This document shows, one piece after another, positions 12,401-25,373 of a stretch of DNA of 60,000 bases. This stretch comes from Botryllus schlosseri (taxonomy: Eukaryota). The notes under the pieces were generated by a model that worked only from the letters and a program-made list of their open reading frames with translations, was not told where the DNA came from and did not search any database. A program made the position numbers and the translations under genes. Position 1 is the stretch's first letter; each line of letters opens with the position of its first letter. The stretch spans positions 4,342,001 through 4,402,000 of the forward strand of contig CM119372.1 in assembly GCA_051294905.1 (NCBI GenBank). Reading direction: 5' to 3'.

Positions 12401-15400
12401 CACTGTCTTGGAAGTGAGCAAAATAAAGACTGCCACGTGCAAAATTTCTTCGTTATATCACAACCCGATGGTGCCGAATGCAGTAAATTACGAAGGTGCA
12501 GGGCAGGTTAGGGTGTTTCCATCCTAATTGTGTGTCAATTTGAGGAAAATAGTTCGAACCCTTGCTCGGCCTAGTTTCTATGTGTCGCAGGTTTATCTGG
12601 GCTCCTCATCGCTGATCCCGCTGTACTAACAGTGTCTTGAAAAGCCCAGAAACACAGTAAGCCACGCTGCAAAAAGTCGGCATCCGAGACCCGAAGTTGA
12701 ATACATGGGAGAGTGCGATGTAGTGTGAAGAGTGAAATGAAAAGTAAGCGATTACGAAGAAATTGAAGAACGATGCAAAGAAAAAGTTGAAGATACTGAA
12801 AAGACAATGTCATTGAACTGTACATTATCCATGCCGTGGTGCACAAGGCCTAAAAAGGCTATAAGCGCCACTGAAATGCCTTGAATTAATTAATAATAAT
12901 TTGTGGAAAACGCGCAGCATAGGACAGGTAGGCAACCCATACGTGGTTTCTGGTGGGAGACATGGATGTACGTAAAAAGGCCGATCTAGGGCTGCACTTA
13001 AACAAATAGTGTTTTAAAACAATGCTCTTTTAGAAAAAATGTGTTTGGTTTTCGAAATTTGTATAATCATGCTATAATTGTGTAAATACTTTCCATAAAC
13101 ACGTGGTATGAGCCTACGGACGATTTCCGCCCTATAGATAGTCGACATATGCGATATGGAATGGATGAAACCGTCGAAATCGTGGTCGGTTCAGCCGCTA
13201 TAGCACGTAGTTATAGATCATTGGTACAGAATCGATGTTCTTATTGACTGCATGATGATGACCGTTGACCGTAAAATTGCTGCATGACGATGTAGTTTTG
13301 GTTATATATATTTTTGGTCTGTTGATGACAGGGGTAGGAGGTAGGGATGGTGTGAACCCCTGAAAGGTTCAGGTTCGTGTGAACGCGAACTTTTTGAAAG
13401 GTTCTGTGTGAACAGAGTTGAGTGTAGAATTGAGCAGTGTGTAAAACGAGTTTCTATACTTGCTACCGATATTACCCCATTAACAATTTATACAGCAGTT
13501 ATAGCCAACACCCCAATCGCACGGCTTTGGTTTTTATGATACAATATACATATGAAATCAAGATGGACCCCGTACGCCTGCTAGATTTTTTACATCAAAC
13601 AACGATATCAATTTCATTGATTTGTTGAATTAGCATCATTCGCGGACTTACACGCAGTGTATTTCGCTCTTGATGTTGTGCGAGTGCGGGTTAAGCTCAC
13701 AGCAGTGAGTCACTAAATATTCACAAATGGAAAGTTGGACATTTCGAGCAAACTTTTGTAACAAGGCAAGTAAAATTTTTCAGATTGTCTAGGTGCATGC
13801 TCGTTTAGTGTTGATTTTTTATGCTGCCAACGCCATTGATAGAGTGGCCTGCAGTTGAAATGCAATAAATTTCAACCAAAGATGCTATAATGAAGTAGAA
13901 AATGTAATATATGAAAAAGTTCACAGTGCAGAACCTACCAAGGTTCATTTGTGAACGTGAACCTTGAAGTTACTGAGGTTCACCCACAGAACGCGAACGT
14001 GAACCTCACGTTCACACCATCCTTAGTAGGAAGCCTTTTTCGTCAAAGAAGCAGTATTTACAAGGTTATGATCAAGTCACAAGGCTCCGAGTCACAAGTC
14101 AATCTCCATTTTATAGTTTTGACTCGAGTCAAGTCCGACTCCAAGTCAGCGAGCAAAGGGTCGATTCCGAGTCATGGTATTAGGACTCGAGTCCGAGTCC
14201 AAGTCATTGTGTTGCCTGCTCAGTTTCCTGTTTAAGTCTTGTTAAACCTACTTTTTATAACTCTGTTTGGTGATATCGAATAGTTCGCATTCATAATATA
14301 CAAATTTGCCACACTTTTAGCAGTTTCTGGATGCATTTTCAAGTCCCAGTACCAATACACGAAATCCCATTAGCGTGGCTACTTTACTATTTTTCGAAAT
14401 TATAATGAAAGGTCCGTCTTGGCCGTCCGAGTCTCGAGTCATGCGCAATGACTCGAGTCAATGCACAAATTGACTCGAGTCGAGTCGAGCCATCAGAAAA
14501 TCGTGACTAGAGTCATTACAACCCGGCGTGTTTCCCCTATATTTTCAAGTGTCAATGTCTATTCACTAGAACGTCACAGTTGGAGATTCACCACGTCAAT
14601 GCCAAAAGAAAAAACAAAGAAAAAACAATAAAAAACACGTTTCGAACCAGGGCTATGTTTTGGACATGTTTGCTTGAAATTGGTTTTTATTTTAAATGCA
14701 ATCAAGGCCTATACCTAAACGCGTATTTAAATAGACGTCCCATCATTTCGCAGCACATTCGTTTCACACTCTGAATAAAGGTGATTAAAAATAACGAAGG
14801 CTATTAGCTGTATTTACTGCTACGAATAAGATTGATAGAATACATATCCGGAAACATATTTCCATGAGCATTAATAATACATGGCACCGCCATCACTCAC
14901 ATACGCTACGAGCAGCATTAGAAGGACGCCGTTCAATACCCGCGTTACGTACTCCAAAAGAACAAGTGCTCAATGTTCACCTGGTCAATATGCATAAAAC
15001 GAGCGAGGGAAAAGATCCTAGAATGAACACCGGTTCGAAAATATCAACCGTAACGTGCCGATGGGCTTCTAATTCGTTTGGGGCTTCGTCGGTCCTCATG
15101 AAACTAAGTACTACATCGACATCTGCGCACGATGTTTCGTTCTGATTCTCGGCTGTTCCTGTTGAGCGTAAAGTGCGTTAGGATTAGTCTTTCGAAGGTG
15201 TCGGAATGCGGTCATCCAAATAGAAATCCATATGTATAGATCCATAGCAAGTCAATATATGAGCCGTAGCAACTCCAGACTCCCGATCTCTTGTTTGAGG
15301 TTTATCTACAGCAGGGACGCTGTTCTATCAGACTTGGACAAATAGTAAATTTCCGAACTTTCCAAGTTACATTAGAATTAGAACTACAGCTACACAGGTT

Positions 15401-17697
15401 ATGTGCAATTAGACTATAGCATTAGAATTAAAGCTACACAATTTTCCACATTAGATTAGAATTAGCATTATATCTTCACAATTTGGTTCAAATCATATTA
15501 TAGAATTGGAATTACCGAATTCGCGAAAGCTCGTTAATCGAATCAAGCTCAGTTCATACTTGCCTATGATATCGTGGGCCCCGGTTCATAACAAATCAGA
15601 TCTTATACTCATCAGAATTATAATGGCAAATATATGTACATCAAGCTTGGTTCGCTTCGCACTATACCAGGAGCGGGAAACTTCTCCAGTCGGCGAGCCT
15701 TATATGGAAAAATGAAGTAGGGGAGATGTGGTACCGATGAGACACTGGGACCGGAAATACTTGAAAAATTATCGGTGATAATTACATGATTACGGTACGC
15801 GAATTTCTCGACAATGGTATGCCGGCAGAATCTTTCCTCACATGCAAAAAACTTCGACCTGCGTGTGGTATGGGGTCTGTGACAAATGATTTACGTTTTA
15901 GGGGGTGTAAAGTAAATTTGGATCGACATATACATTTTTCTATATCACCTCCCAGACTAACAAACCCGCCATAATTTTTGATGTGAAGTATAGGGCTTGT
16001 ATCAGGATATATAATGGCACATATTTTTTGAATCAATACCATCCTTGAGTGGACTATTTTCAATTTAATTACAATATTTATAGGGTGTTGGACCTACATG
16101 GTACCGTAGCCAAATCAAGCAAAATAAATGGACAGCAACAACAGAAACACACCTACATATATAGAGGCTATAAATCACAGTTACCTGTGGTATTTTATCG
16201 CTATTACATGGTATTTGAAAGTCAAAATGTCGATTTGCGGGTATAGTATGTATGTGGCATTAATTTTTGTAAGTTTGGGCGTAAATCAAAACGTGATTTT
16301 ATTATCAACATTTTAGTTGATGATATCTATTTTATTTTTGAAGGTGGCGACGAAACATTGTACATTGACTTGCTGTAGCTTATATTATAGTACGCAACAA
16401 AACGAGTTGATAAATTTGAGTTTTTGAGCGTGTATCTCATAGGTCCCATGGTCGTGTGCCTTTGATACGTTCGAGCAACAAATTTTATACGTTTATAAAT
16501 ATTTTTTGAAAAAGGCGGATATTCATGTAACTGTACGCGATAGATAGGTAGAGCTTGTATCGAAGTGTTGAGGCAGCAAAAGATCTGCTATTCTCGGCTG
16601 AAGCTTTGAGGGCCAGAGATCATTTTGCAATTTTTGATCCGTCGGTACCACATCTCCCCTACTTGGTGGGCCGGATTCGTGAATCGATACATGAATCGCT
16701 TATTTATCAACCTATACAAGGAATAAACGGATTTAATTTAACTTTAACCATAGAAACCAAGAACAATATTGAATGAATTTATTAACGTGTAATAGGCTCG
16801 CTAGCCTAATTCATTAGCTGTTGAAGTCAATGAGACATCTGTAATCGATTAAAGTTGTCAACAAGTTCTTTGAACTCTGGCTGCATGTCAGTAAAGACTG
16901 CACGTGAACATCAGTTAGATTGGAACGCAGCTATGTCTTGGTACTATTCAAAGTCGAAAATATTGATCGCCAACGAATGTAGTTTTATGGCCATATTTAT
17001 CAGGATGGAAAACTTGGATTCATTATGAGACGCATGGCAATAACTATTGTGTTCGTGCATGGCCTACTAGGTCATGGTCCGTGCCGCCTTTAGATATATA
17101 ATACACTTATATCAGTTCAAATATCACTTCGATCCGTTTTTGGGAAAAGCGGATTTTAGAATAGAATTAAAATGTGAGGATAGAGACATTTCACAAATTA
17201 TATAAGATAATTAGAAGAAGAATTAGAGCAAAGAAACATTTCACGTTTTATATTACAGTTAGATTTACAGCGTTTCGCGCTAATTAGTCTATATAGACAA
17301 GCAGACTTATCTATAGTTGTCCAAAGCTGGCTGTCACCTTTTAAAACTCCATCACGGTATTTCCGCGCATTGTGAACACCATTGTCCGTCGCCAGATTAC
17401 GATTTTCTTTATTCTGCATTGTCGGATTTCTCGATGATATCCATTTTTCTCCTCGCTTATAATTGCGCAGCGCGATACTGCCTTGTTCCGCGCCCTCAGC
17501 GCGAACTTTTTCCAAAATCTCCGCCGTGTGGTTGTAATGGTCGGTGCACGTTATGTAGAAAGCCACGTCGCTCGAGAACGAGATTAGCGGGAAGATGACG
17601 CAAACAAACGTTACGAATAAGCTGAAAACCCACGAAAAGGTGTCGGCTTTGTTTTCTCTTCCGGGTTGACAAATCCAGTATGGTACGATTCGAAGCT
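9413..17697 (-). CDS. Multi-pass membrane protein, MFS/SLC46 (PCFT)-like transporter; first exon not located
   Basis: Phase-consistent path 17697-17338, 15158-14981, 12795-12631, 12330-12193, 12123-11982, 9788-9646, 9584-9413 (TAG) gives about 430 aa with many hydrophobic helices. Long Cys/N-glycosylation-sequon loop after TM1 (NHT, NET); ISVLTKILDGVAGGIVLCVV resembles the SLC46 TM10-11 region. Family call made by eye. Confidence 0.6.
10085..11385 (+). mobile_element. 1.3-kb hAT-like non-autonomous element (family A)
   Basis: Ends CAGGGCCGTAAC / GTTACGGTGCTG; perfect TSD TGTATAAG; close copy at 52669-53965. Confidence 0.92.
12987..14705. mobile_element. TAGGG(C/T)TGCA-family MITE (host E) containing MITEs at 13342-14025 and 14061-14526
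   Basis: Host matches segments of 52098-59147, ~42260-44053 and (reverse) 21770-22220. Inner 13342 element has TIR TAGGGATGGTGTGAAC and TSD GTAGGAGG/GTAGGAAG. Confidence 0.75.
15718..16661. mobile_element. MITE with TA-GGGGAGATGTGGTACC TIR (Tc1/mariner-pogo-like)
   Basis: Perfect inverted match AAGTAGGGGAGATGTGGTACCGA at both ends; TA at each terminus. Confidence 0.75.
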
Positions 17698-18585
17698 CTG
17701 AAATACACAAAGAAAAGTGTCAGAGAAGCAGATTTGAACAAATTAGATTAGAGTTGGAATTATAGATACACAGTTTTTCCAAATTAGCTACACCTCATTT
17801 TTTTCGAATTAGATTAGAATTACTGAACTGGCGAAAACTTGGACATTGAATGAAGCAAGGTTTATATCAAATGGGAGCTCATTCTCATAAGATGGGTGAC
17901 TTATTTTTACCTAAAAAAACGGAAGATTGTGACCTAAAAAAATGAAAATGTTGATATTTTTTGACGTTAAAACCTAATTTTGACAAAGTTTTGCCCTCAA
18001 GTATGTAAATTGGGCGTTTTCGCAAATAATGATAGAATTGTGCTACTTTTCTTCATTTCTGGTTGAAACTGTCCGCCCTTACAAAGTAGCCTGGCCTGCA
18101 AAAAACTTTGTGACTTGAGAAATGACATATATTTGCGTGAAAAAACTTTATTTTACCGAAATCTGGACCTATGAAGAATTCCAGTAGTTGCATTAAACAT
18201 TATGGTACAAATAAATGTAACAAATAAATAAATAAAGCGCATGTCACAGCTCACGAAATGACTCCCCAAGACGCAAAACAATTTACCATTTGGGTGCGTG
18301 AGAAACTTTCTTGGAAACTCTCGCACGGAAAATAGTTGAAAAAGCTAACACGACTACTTACTTATACGATATAATTCAGTATGCGCAGATACAAGTTGCG
18401 TTACAATCGCGAAGTTCAATGGTGACAGACCCGCATTTATTTGATGTGTACTGCGCAATAGTATCATGATATCATGTATTAATTATTTATTCCCGCAAGG
18501 AAACTCCGGACTGTCGACTTTTGAGGCTTAATCCAAGTAGCTTAAAACGATACGTAAAACATAAGAGAAACGCCGAAGCTTCACA

Positions 18586-18896
18586 ATGATGGGAAAAAGT
18601 TACATCAATGTAATGCGCGAAGACATTCTTCGAATAAAATATAATATTGGTGTGTAAATGTACGGATGACGCGAACGATTGTGTTCGGTATGTGAACCTT
18701 GATATTTCACAGGTTCGTGTTCGAAAACGAGCCTTGGTATGTGGTAGAATCTGAACGCTTTTGTAAGATGACAGAATTTCCTATCGAACTGCCACGAACC
18801 ACCCGTGTACCACCCCAGATAAACGATAGTGAATTATACATCTATGGGCCACGAATCCAGAACCGACCTCAGACTGAATCGAGGCCAAGATTTTAA
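18586..18896 (+). CDS. Possible small two-exon hypothetical protein (83 aa)
   Basis: ATG 18586; 59-nt intron 18654-18712 (GTAAAT...TTTCACAG) joins MMGKSYINVMREDILRIKYNIG in phase to VFVFENEPWYVVESERF...RPRF*. No recognisable homology. Confidence 0.3.
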
Positions 18897-20229
18897 TCCA
18901 AATTATGCAAGCACGTAGAAAAGTATGGAGGTATGCACGTGCAACTTTTATCAAGCACTGCGCAAAATGTAAATAAGTGATCTAAAAAACATGCTATAAA
19001 ACTATTTATAAAATGGTTCCATCTTTGAATGGATTAACAAAGAGCTATGTGATTGATTAGCCACATCACAATGTTGTCTATGACGCAATGGCGTGCAAGC
19101 TAGAAGCTCAACAACCCCTGCCAAGCACGACAGTGCTTGAGCTCTATGTAAAAAGATCGCTTGTTGTTCATATTTGAGGTCCTTCCTCATTTGACGGACG
19201 CCCGCATGCGAGACCGTCGAAAATTCCATTGTCACTGGCTACTGGGTCACCTTTTCAGGCTATTGATTTGGTTAAAGTCGCCAACACTGTGTTTTGCTGC
19301 AATACCTTGGGTTAAGTTGGCAGACCAGGGAGTTTGCGGTGCGGTATTGACTTGTTTTATGGGTTATCGCTTTGCTGTTTGACTTTTTACGACAAATCAT
19401 TTCCGCACTGCAATATTTTCTTGCTGGGAACCGGTAAAAAATGTAATTTTTGGCGGTCTCGCCAGGCCGTCCGTGAAATGGGAAGATAACATTTGTCAGC
19501 TCTGCAGGAGTGCGGTTCCATATTTTGATGTCCGGAAAAGAGAACATTGTGTTGAATATCTTTACAAAACTTTCTCTTAAACATTTTGTTCACAGCAACC
19601 ATAAGCTTTCAGGGGATCGCGTCATCCCTTGGGCAATATACTGTCACGGAAATAATGAAGAATGTGCTTTCCGAAAACATGGCGTGCTAAATGCAAAAAT
19701 CAAGGGTCGTATGACAGTTCGCGCAGCCACTCTTTGCGACTTTCGCATATCAAAATCGTGAAATCTCTGAACTGCTAGACATGTGATTTTGCCTCTCGTA
19801 GCCCATATGAGGAAGAGTCAATATTTTATAAGGACCCACGGGAATAAACGATGTTGCAAACACGCATCTTACAACGAGAAAGTAACAGTTTAGCGTGTGG
19901 TCGGTCTGTGCATTCTACGAACATCAACGAATCACATCGATATTGAAACGACTCGAGCTGTATTCCTGGCGTTGCATTCAAACGAAATCAATTTAAAACA
20001 AACATGTTTAAAACGTATATTTATTGTTTTGTTTTTTATTCATGACGCCACGCATCTTTAATCATAGTTACGGACTTTCACGGATATCATGTACATAAAT
20101 AAACCCAAGTCATGTACATAAGTATTTACCTAGATAATCAAATAACGTTTTATGTCAATCACCAAGTAATCAGTTGGAATATAATATTATCGATGTATTT
20201 TAAATCACAATTGTTTTTTGTACGGTTTT

Positions 20230-21751
20230 CGCCTGTAAGCTATTTAGTGCAGTTTGTCGAAAGGTTCCGGCAATGGTCAGACATAATATGTTCAATTGTT
20301 CATCTCATCTGCCCTGATATCTTTCTTTTGTTGTTATGATGTCTTGGTAGAACCTGTACCCTTGCTAATCAAGATGATCAGGAAATATATCAAGATGACT
20401 GAACAGGAAGTGAACTTTCATGCTCATGTTTGTGCTCAAGTTTTCAATATGCAGATACGAATTTTCGGACCAACTGTTTGTTGTTGGGTGTTTTGTGATC
20501 ATCTAAAAAGTTTTATTTACTACATCTTTGGAGAAATTGCATGCAGTCAGCTCCTTGCTAATGTGAAATTGGAATCTTTCATCGGTATTCGAATATACCA
20601 GATACCACTACCAGATACCAGATTTAAGCTTATCGTTTGATAGGGTTACTAGGTATACCCACTTTGTTGAATCAGCGGAAAAGTATCCATTTACCAGTCA
20701 AAAGAAATGAGACGCATATGAGTATTGTTGTTAAGCCTTTCAAGAACAAATTTTACAGCTTTATACTCCTCTTTAATCTTGGTAGAATGACCAATTGATA
20801 CAGGAGAATATGTATTTCCGTTGTGAAAAAGTGCTATTTTAAGGCTTGACAAACTGCTTTTTTGACAAACAAATATTTCACATCATGTCATGTTGATATT
20901 GATAGAACGACTGAAAATGACATAAGGGTTCTTCATAGTCAATTAGCTATTTATGCGCAGTATAAAATTAGGGAAAACTACGATTTTCTTCTAACCAAGT
21001 GAAATATTTAAGGGTAAATACAGTAATTTTGGGCTTTTTTAGGCAGGGTTGTAACCAAGTCACAAGGCTCCGAGTCACAAGTCAATCTCACTTTTATATT
21101 TTTGACTCGAGTCAAGTCGAGTCATTTTCAATTCCCACCGAGTCAAGTCCGAGTCCAAGTCAGCGAACAGAGGATCGAGTCCGAGTCATGGTATTATGAC
21201 TCGAGTCCGAGTCCAAGTCATTATGTTGATTGCTCAGTTTCCAGTTAAAGTCTTCCTAAACCCACTTTTTTTAACTCTGTTTGGTGATATTGAATGGTTC
21301 GCATTTATAATATATCAATTTTCCTCACTTTTAGCAGTTTCTGGTCGCATTTTCAAGCCCCAGTACCAACAAACGAAATTCCAATAGTGTGTTGGCTTCA
21401 AAATTACAATGAAATGTCGGTCTTCGCCGTCTGAATCTCGAGTCAATGACTTGCTTCGAGTCATGCGCAATGACTCGAGTTCAAGTCGAGTCAATACACA
21501 GATTGACTCGAGTCGAGTCGAGTCATTTCCGTATTTTGAGAAAATGACTCGAGTCGAGTCGAGTCATCCGAAAATCGTGACTCGAGTCTGACTCGAGTCA
21601 TTACAGCCCTGTTTTTAGGGGTATAAATATCTTCTGACAAAGAGCCAATCTGACAAAACTAATGTGATATTCGTAATCAGCAACCCCAAAAACCCCAGAA
21701 ACGGCTCTCAGATGTGCTGCCTAAAAAAAAAATTCATTCTGTTGGCCAGTG
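20230..21751 (-). mobile_element. Decayed Chapaev3-like (CMC superfamily) DNA transposon with transposase pseudogene
   Basis: Minus-strand fragments SSLKIALFHNGNTYSPVSIGHSTKIKEEY...QQSGYT (~20860-20650) and NMSMKVHFLFSHLDIFPDHLD*QGYRFYQDI...ERYQGR* (~20440-20300), with stops and an internal deletion. Terminus CACTGGCCAACAG (minus) at 21751. Interrupted by the MITE at 21044-21611. Confidence 0.75.
21044..21611. mobile_element. hAT-like MITE with GACTCGAGTC arrays
   Basis: Ends CAGGGTTGTAA / TTACAGCCCTG; perfect TSD TTTTTAGG; second copy at 14061-14526. Confidence 0.9.
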
Positions 21752-24432
21752 TAATTGATAATATTGGGTAAATATGGCTCCTTTGACGAAAAAACTTCCG
21801 ACTCCTGTCATAAATGGACCAAAAATATCTTTAACGAGGACTACATTGTAATGTAGCATTTTTACGGTTGACGGTCACCGATTATTATCATCATCAGAAC
21901 ATCTAGCCTATATTTCGTTCCGATGATCTATATATCCATACGTGCTAGCTGTTGAGCCGACGACGATTTCGAGGGTTTCAGCCATTTAATATCGTATACG
22001 TCGACTATATCGGGTGCAAATCGTCCGTAGGCTCACACTTTTTTTGTCGAAAATACTTACACAATACTTTGATTTCGAAGACTACTCCAAGTCGTTTCGA
22101 CACCTTCCCATCTTTCATTGTATCACAATCTTGTGATGTATTGAAATGATAAAGTTTTTAGCAATAAATTGAATTGAATTATGCAACTTTTGAAAAAAAA
22201 ATTGTTTTTTATAAAATGGCATTTGTTTAAAATACTGTTTTTGAACAAAGTGTTTTAAAACACCATTTGTTATAAATGCAACTCTATATATACGTGACCG
22301 CATCACACAATTATTGTATAATTAGTTGCAATATAAATCAGGATACGTGATACGAAATTATACGCACTGCAGAAGCTACAGTTTTGTTATAGGTGTCCGT
22401 GAGTCATTTATAAATCGATAGTGAATTAATCATCGGTCATGTTTCTGCAGATATGAGGTGGTGAAAGGTATATCACTGAAGGTAAAATAGATCGCAACAT
22501 GAATTATGAATGCGTGGCACTTATAGCGCGTTCGACAGATATTGGCATAAGAAAAATGAGCCAAATCCATGGCGTGAATGATACGCAACATTGATGTAAG
22601 CACCCTTATGTAATATAAGAATACGGAAGTGAGATATACTGAGGAATGCATTGGATATACATATATTAGCACTAATCTTTGTTTTAACGTAATCCCTATT
22701 AGGCGCGCCGCATGCATATTTCATTACGATGCTCACACGAATGGCAATCGCATGCGAGGCGGATGTGGCTATTTTGCGCGTAGATTTGTGGTCTGATGTG
22801 AATTTTCGTCGATCTCACTAAAGTACAGTGTAAAACTGTAAAGGCTGGCGTGATGGCTAAGCTATATACTCACATCAAATACAATTACAGCATTATCGTG
22901 GAAATATCGTGACGAAAGTATCATCAGTTGATAACACGCATGCGATTTTTTACCCGAACTTGACATGTCCGCTTTTACTATATGCGACGACGAAAAATGT
23001 GCTATTTAATTTGCCAACGTTGGATAGATATTGTACATACTACAATCATTACCGAAACAGCATTTCGTCAACTCCCTGCCAAACGTTGGTCTCGGGTCCC
23101 CATATAGGGTGATCAACCCTAACCAGACCTCCAGGTTATTTGGTAACTTTATGTATGCGTTGCCTATAGTGCGGAGCGCGAAGAAATTCCAAATTCATGA
23201 CTGAATTTTGCCGATTATATTTATGATGGCATATATTTATGATCCTCTTTCATCCCGCGTGATCAGATTTACCGATTTAGGGAAATTTAGAGCATATAAC
23301 TAAGGTATAATTAATATAGTCAAAAGATACTGGAATCGCCCCAATCGTACCAGACTACACTAAAAAACTCTTCTTCGCTGGTTGCATCATTCTACACAAC
23401 AGGTAGCATTTGTGCTATGGGGCTCAGATTACCAGGACAGCACTATTCGGCGCCGGCCACTTAGGCTCCTATATGGACAAATGGACAATGGCCATACACA
23501 CACACACACATCGAAGATGTCACTTTCGGCCAATCCTTTCTCGCCGCCGATGTTTTGGCAGCGCATTTCGGGAAGTCGCATGTTGGTCGAAAATTGTTCG
23601 GCCTTGTTGTGTCGTAACGAGGCAAGTATTTGAAGGGGGGTGTCGATATTAAAATTAAGACACGTATATAGTGACACTGAATCATGCAAAGTGCGAATAA
23701 ATTTGTGTCCAAGTTTTTGCGACTTCAGTGATACTAATTCTACTAATCTAATTTGAAAGAAAAAACTTGCATAGCTAAAATTATAATTCTGGTCTCACTT
23801 GGAAGAAACTGTGTTGTTATCATTCTAGTTCTAGTTTAATTAAAAAAACTCTGCATGATTATAATTCTTGTCTAATTTCGAACGGCTAAAATTGTTCTAT
23901 TGTTGTTCAAGTCTGCACTCGAGTAAGCGGCGCAAGTAAGCGAACCTATTTGAGTGCTCCGAAAAGGTAGGGGAGCTTCGTGGAGGTACAGAACGTCTTT
24001 ACACTATTGCATAGTATATTCATATTGAAACGAACCTGAATATTTTCGACTGAAACTCGTCAGCGGTAATCGTCAGCAACTATAGTAGAGAATCAATCGG
24101 AAAGAGCAGCATCAACAATCGTATCACAAAATATGGCGTCACCGGCACGAAATTTCGAATAATCGGGGCGGAGAGAGCGCTCAAGGTCAACGCCCCGATT
24201 ATTCGGGATTTCATTCCGGCGACGTCATGTTTTGTGATACGATTGTGGATTTAAAATTTTCTTTACAGTTTTCTACAAGTTGCTGATGATTACTCGTGAA
24301 GAGTGTCAACCGAAAATATTCCGGTCTAATTCAATATGAATATACTATTGAATTGTATATTGAAAAAGTAGAGGTATACTCTATCACTGACCGCTTATGC
24401 GTATTCAATATTCATGCTAACTCTAATCTTAC

Positions 24433-24841
24433 CCGATCGCTTCTTTCTCGACCCGCGCCCGCCCGCATTGTCCGTCGCTATTCTCGGCAACCCTTTCCGT
24501 ATCGATTTGATCTGGTAATGTCGAAACTGATGATCCCTCGCGGGTACTGCGTCACGGGACGCGCTTGTTATGACGTCCGAGCTTCCTTCGTCGTTGGGAG
24601 TTACTTTCACCAGGACGGAACGAAGATTAGATTGAATTAACTGACTGCTCTCCGGAACCAAGCGTTGAAGGTGGTGTGTGCTACTTTTGGAATGAGCAGT
24701 ATCATATTCTTTACTGCGAGGACTTGCCGGGCAACTCTGCGATCGTGCGGTTTGGTCTTCTGCCACTTGTAGAAGTCCGTGGCTTTCGTTCGCGGTAAAT
24801 GCGGCATCTACATGTGAACTCTTAGGTAAACTCATGATCGT
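24433..24841 (-). CDS. Hypothetical coding exon (Ser-rich, basic end)
   Basis: 146-aa ORF in unique sequence, bounded by acceptor TGCTAG (24842) and donor G|GTAAGA (24432). May splice in phase to an exon near 19774. Confidence 0.35.
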
Positions 24842-25373
24842 CTAGCAATCGACTACATGGTACACTGCAAATGCATGGAAAATAAGTGTGTTTACCATAT
24901 TTCCACCTTATCGTATTGAGCGGTGGTTCTCAACCTTGACTAACCTGCGAAACACATACGCCTGGGTTCTGCAACCTTTCGTATGCAGCGTGCCAAAATT
25001 TCACAAAATGTCAAAATATTATCAACTGGCGCGCCAAACATCCTAAGCTTTGTCGTATTTAGCGTTTCAAGCAAGGAATCCCTCCAACCGCTTATCTGCA
25101 GCTGGCAACGGGATCGATTACGCCAGTGATTCGTAAAGTATAGGTCACGAAGGGTATAACTTTTGGTTGCTACCGCTAGTGTACGTAATATTTGCATCAA
25201 TTGTATTTTGTCTCACTATGATCGATCTGCTGTGGTTGCGTTAGCTTTGGTCGTTTCCAAGTCCGCTACCATAGTCAATAAGTGACAGGCCCATCAATGC
25301 TGTTACGATGACACGGCCTGGTGATGAAAATGTGCCTGTGTTTCCTCGGCGGGTCTCATTTGATACGTGTGGC

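Noticed and set aside
12450..14980. TGA reassignment or readthrough to explain interrupted frames
   Set aside because: Confident EML and GT31 exons use TGG for Trp and have no in-frame TGA; frameshifts would still be required.
21044..21611. GACTCGAGTC repeats as a CRISPR array
   Set aside because: Units are about 10 bp, irregularly spaced and lack unique spacers; they are bounded by TIRs and an 8-bp TSD in a eukaryotic context with no cas genes.
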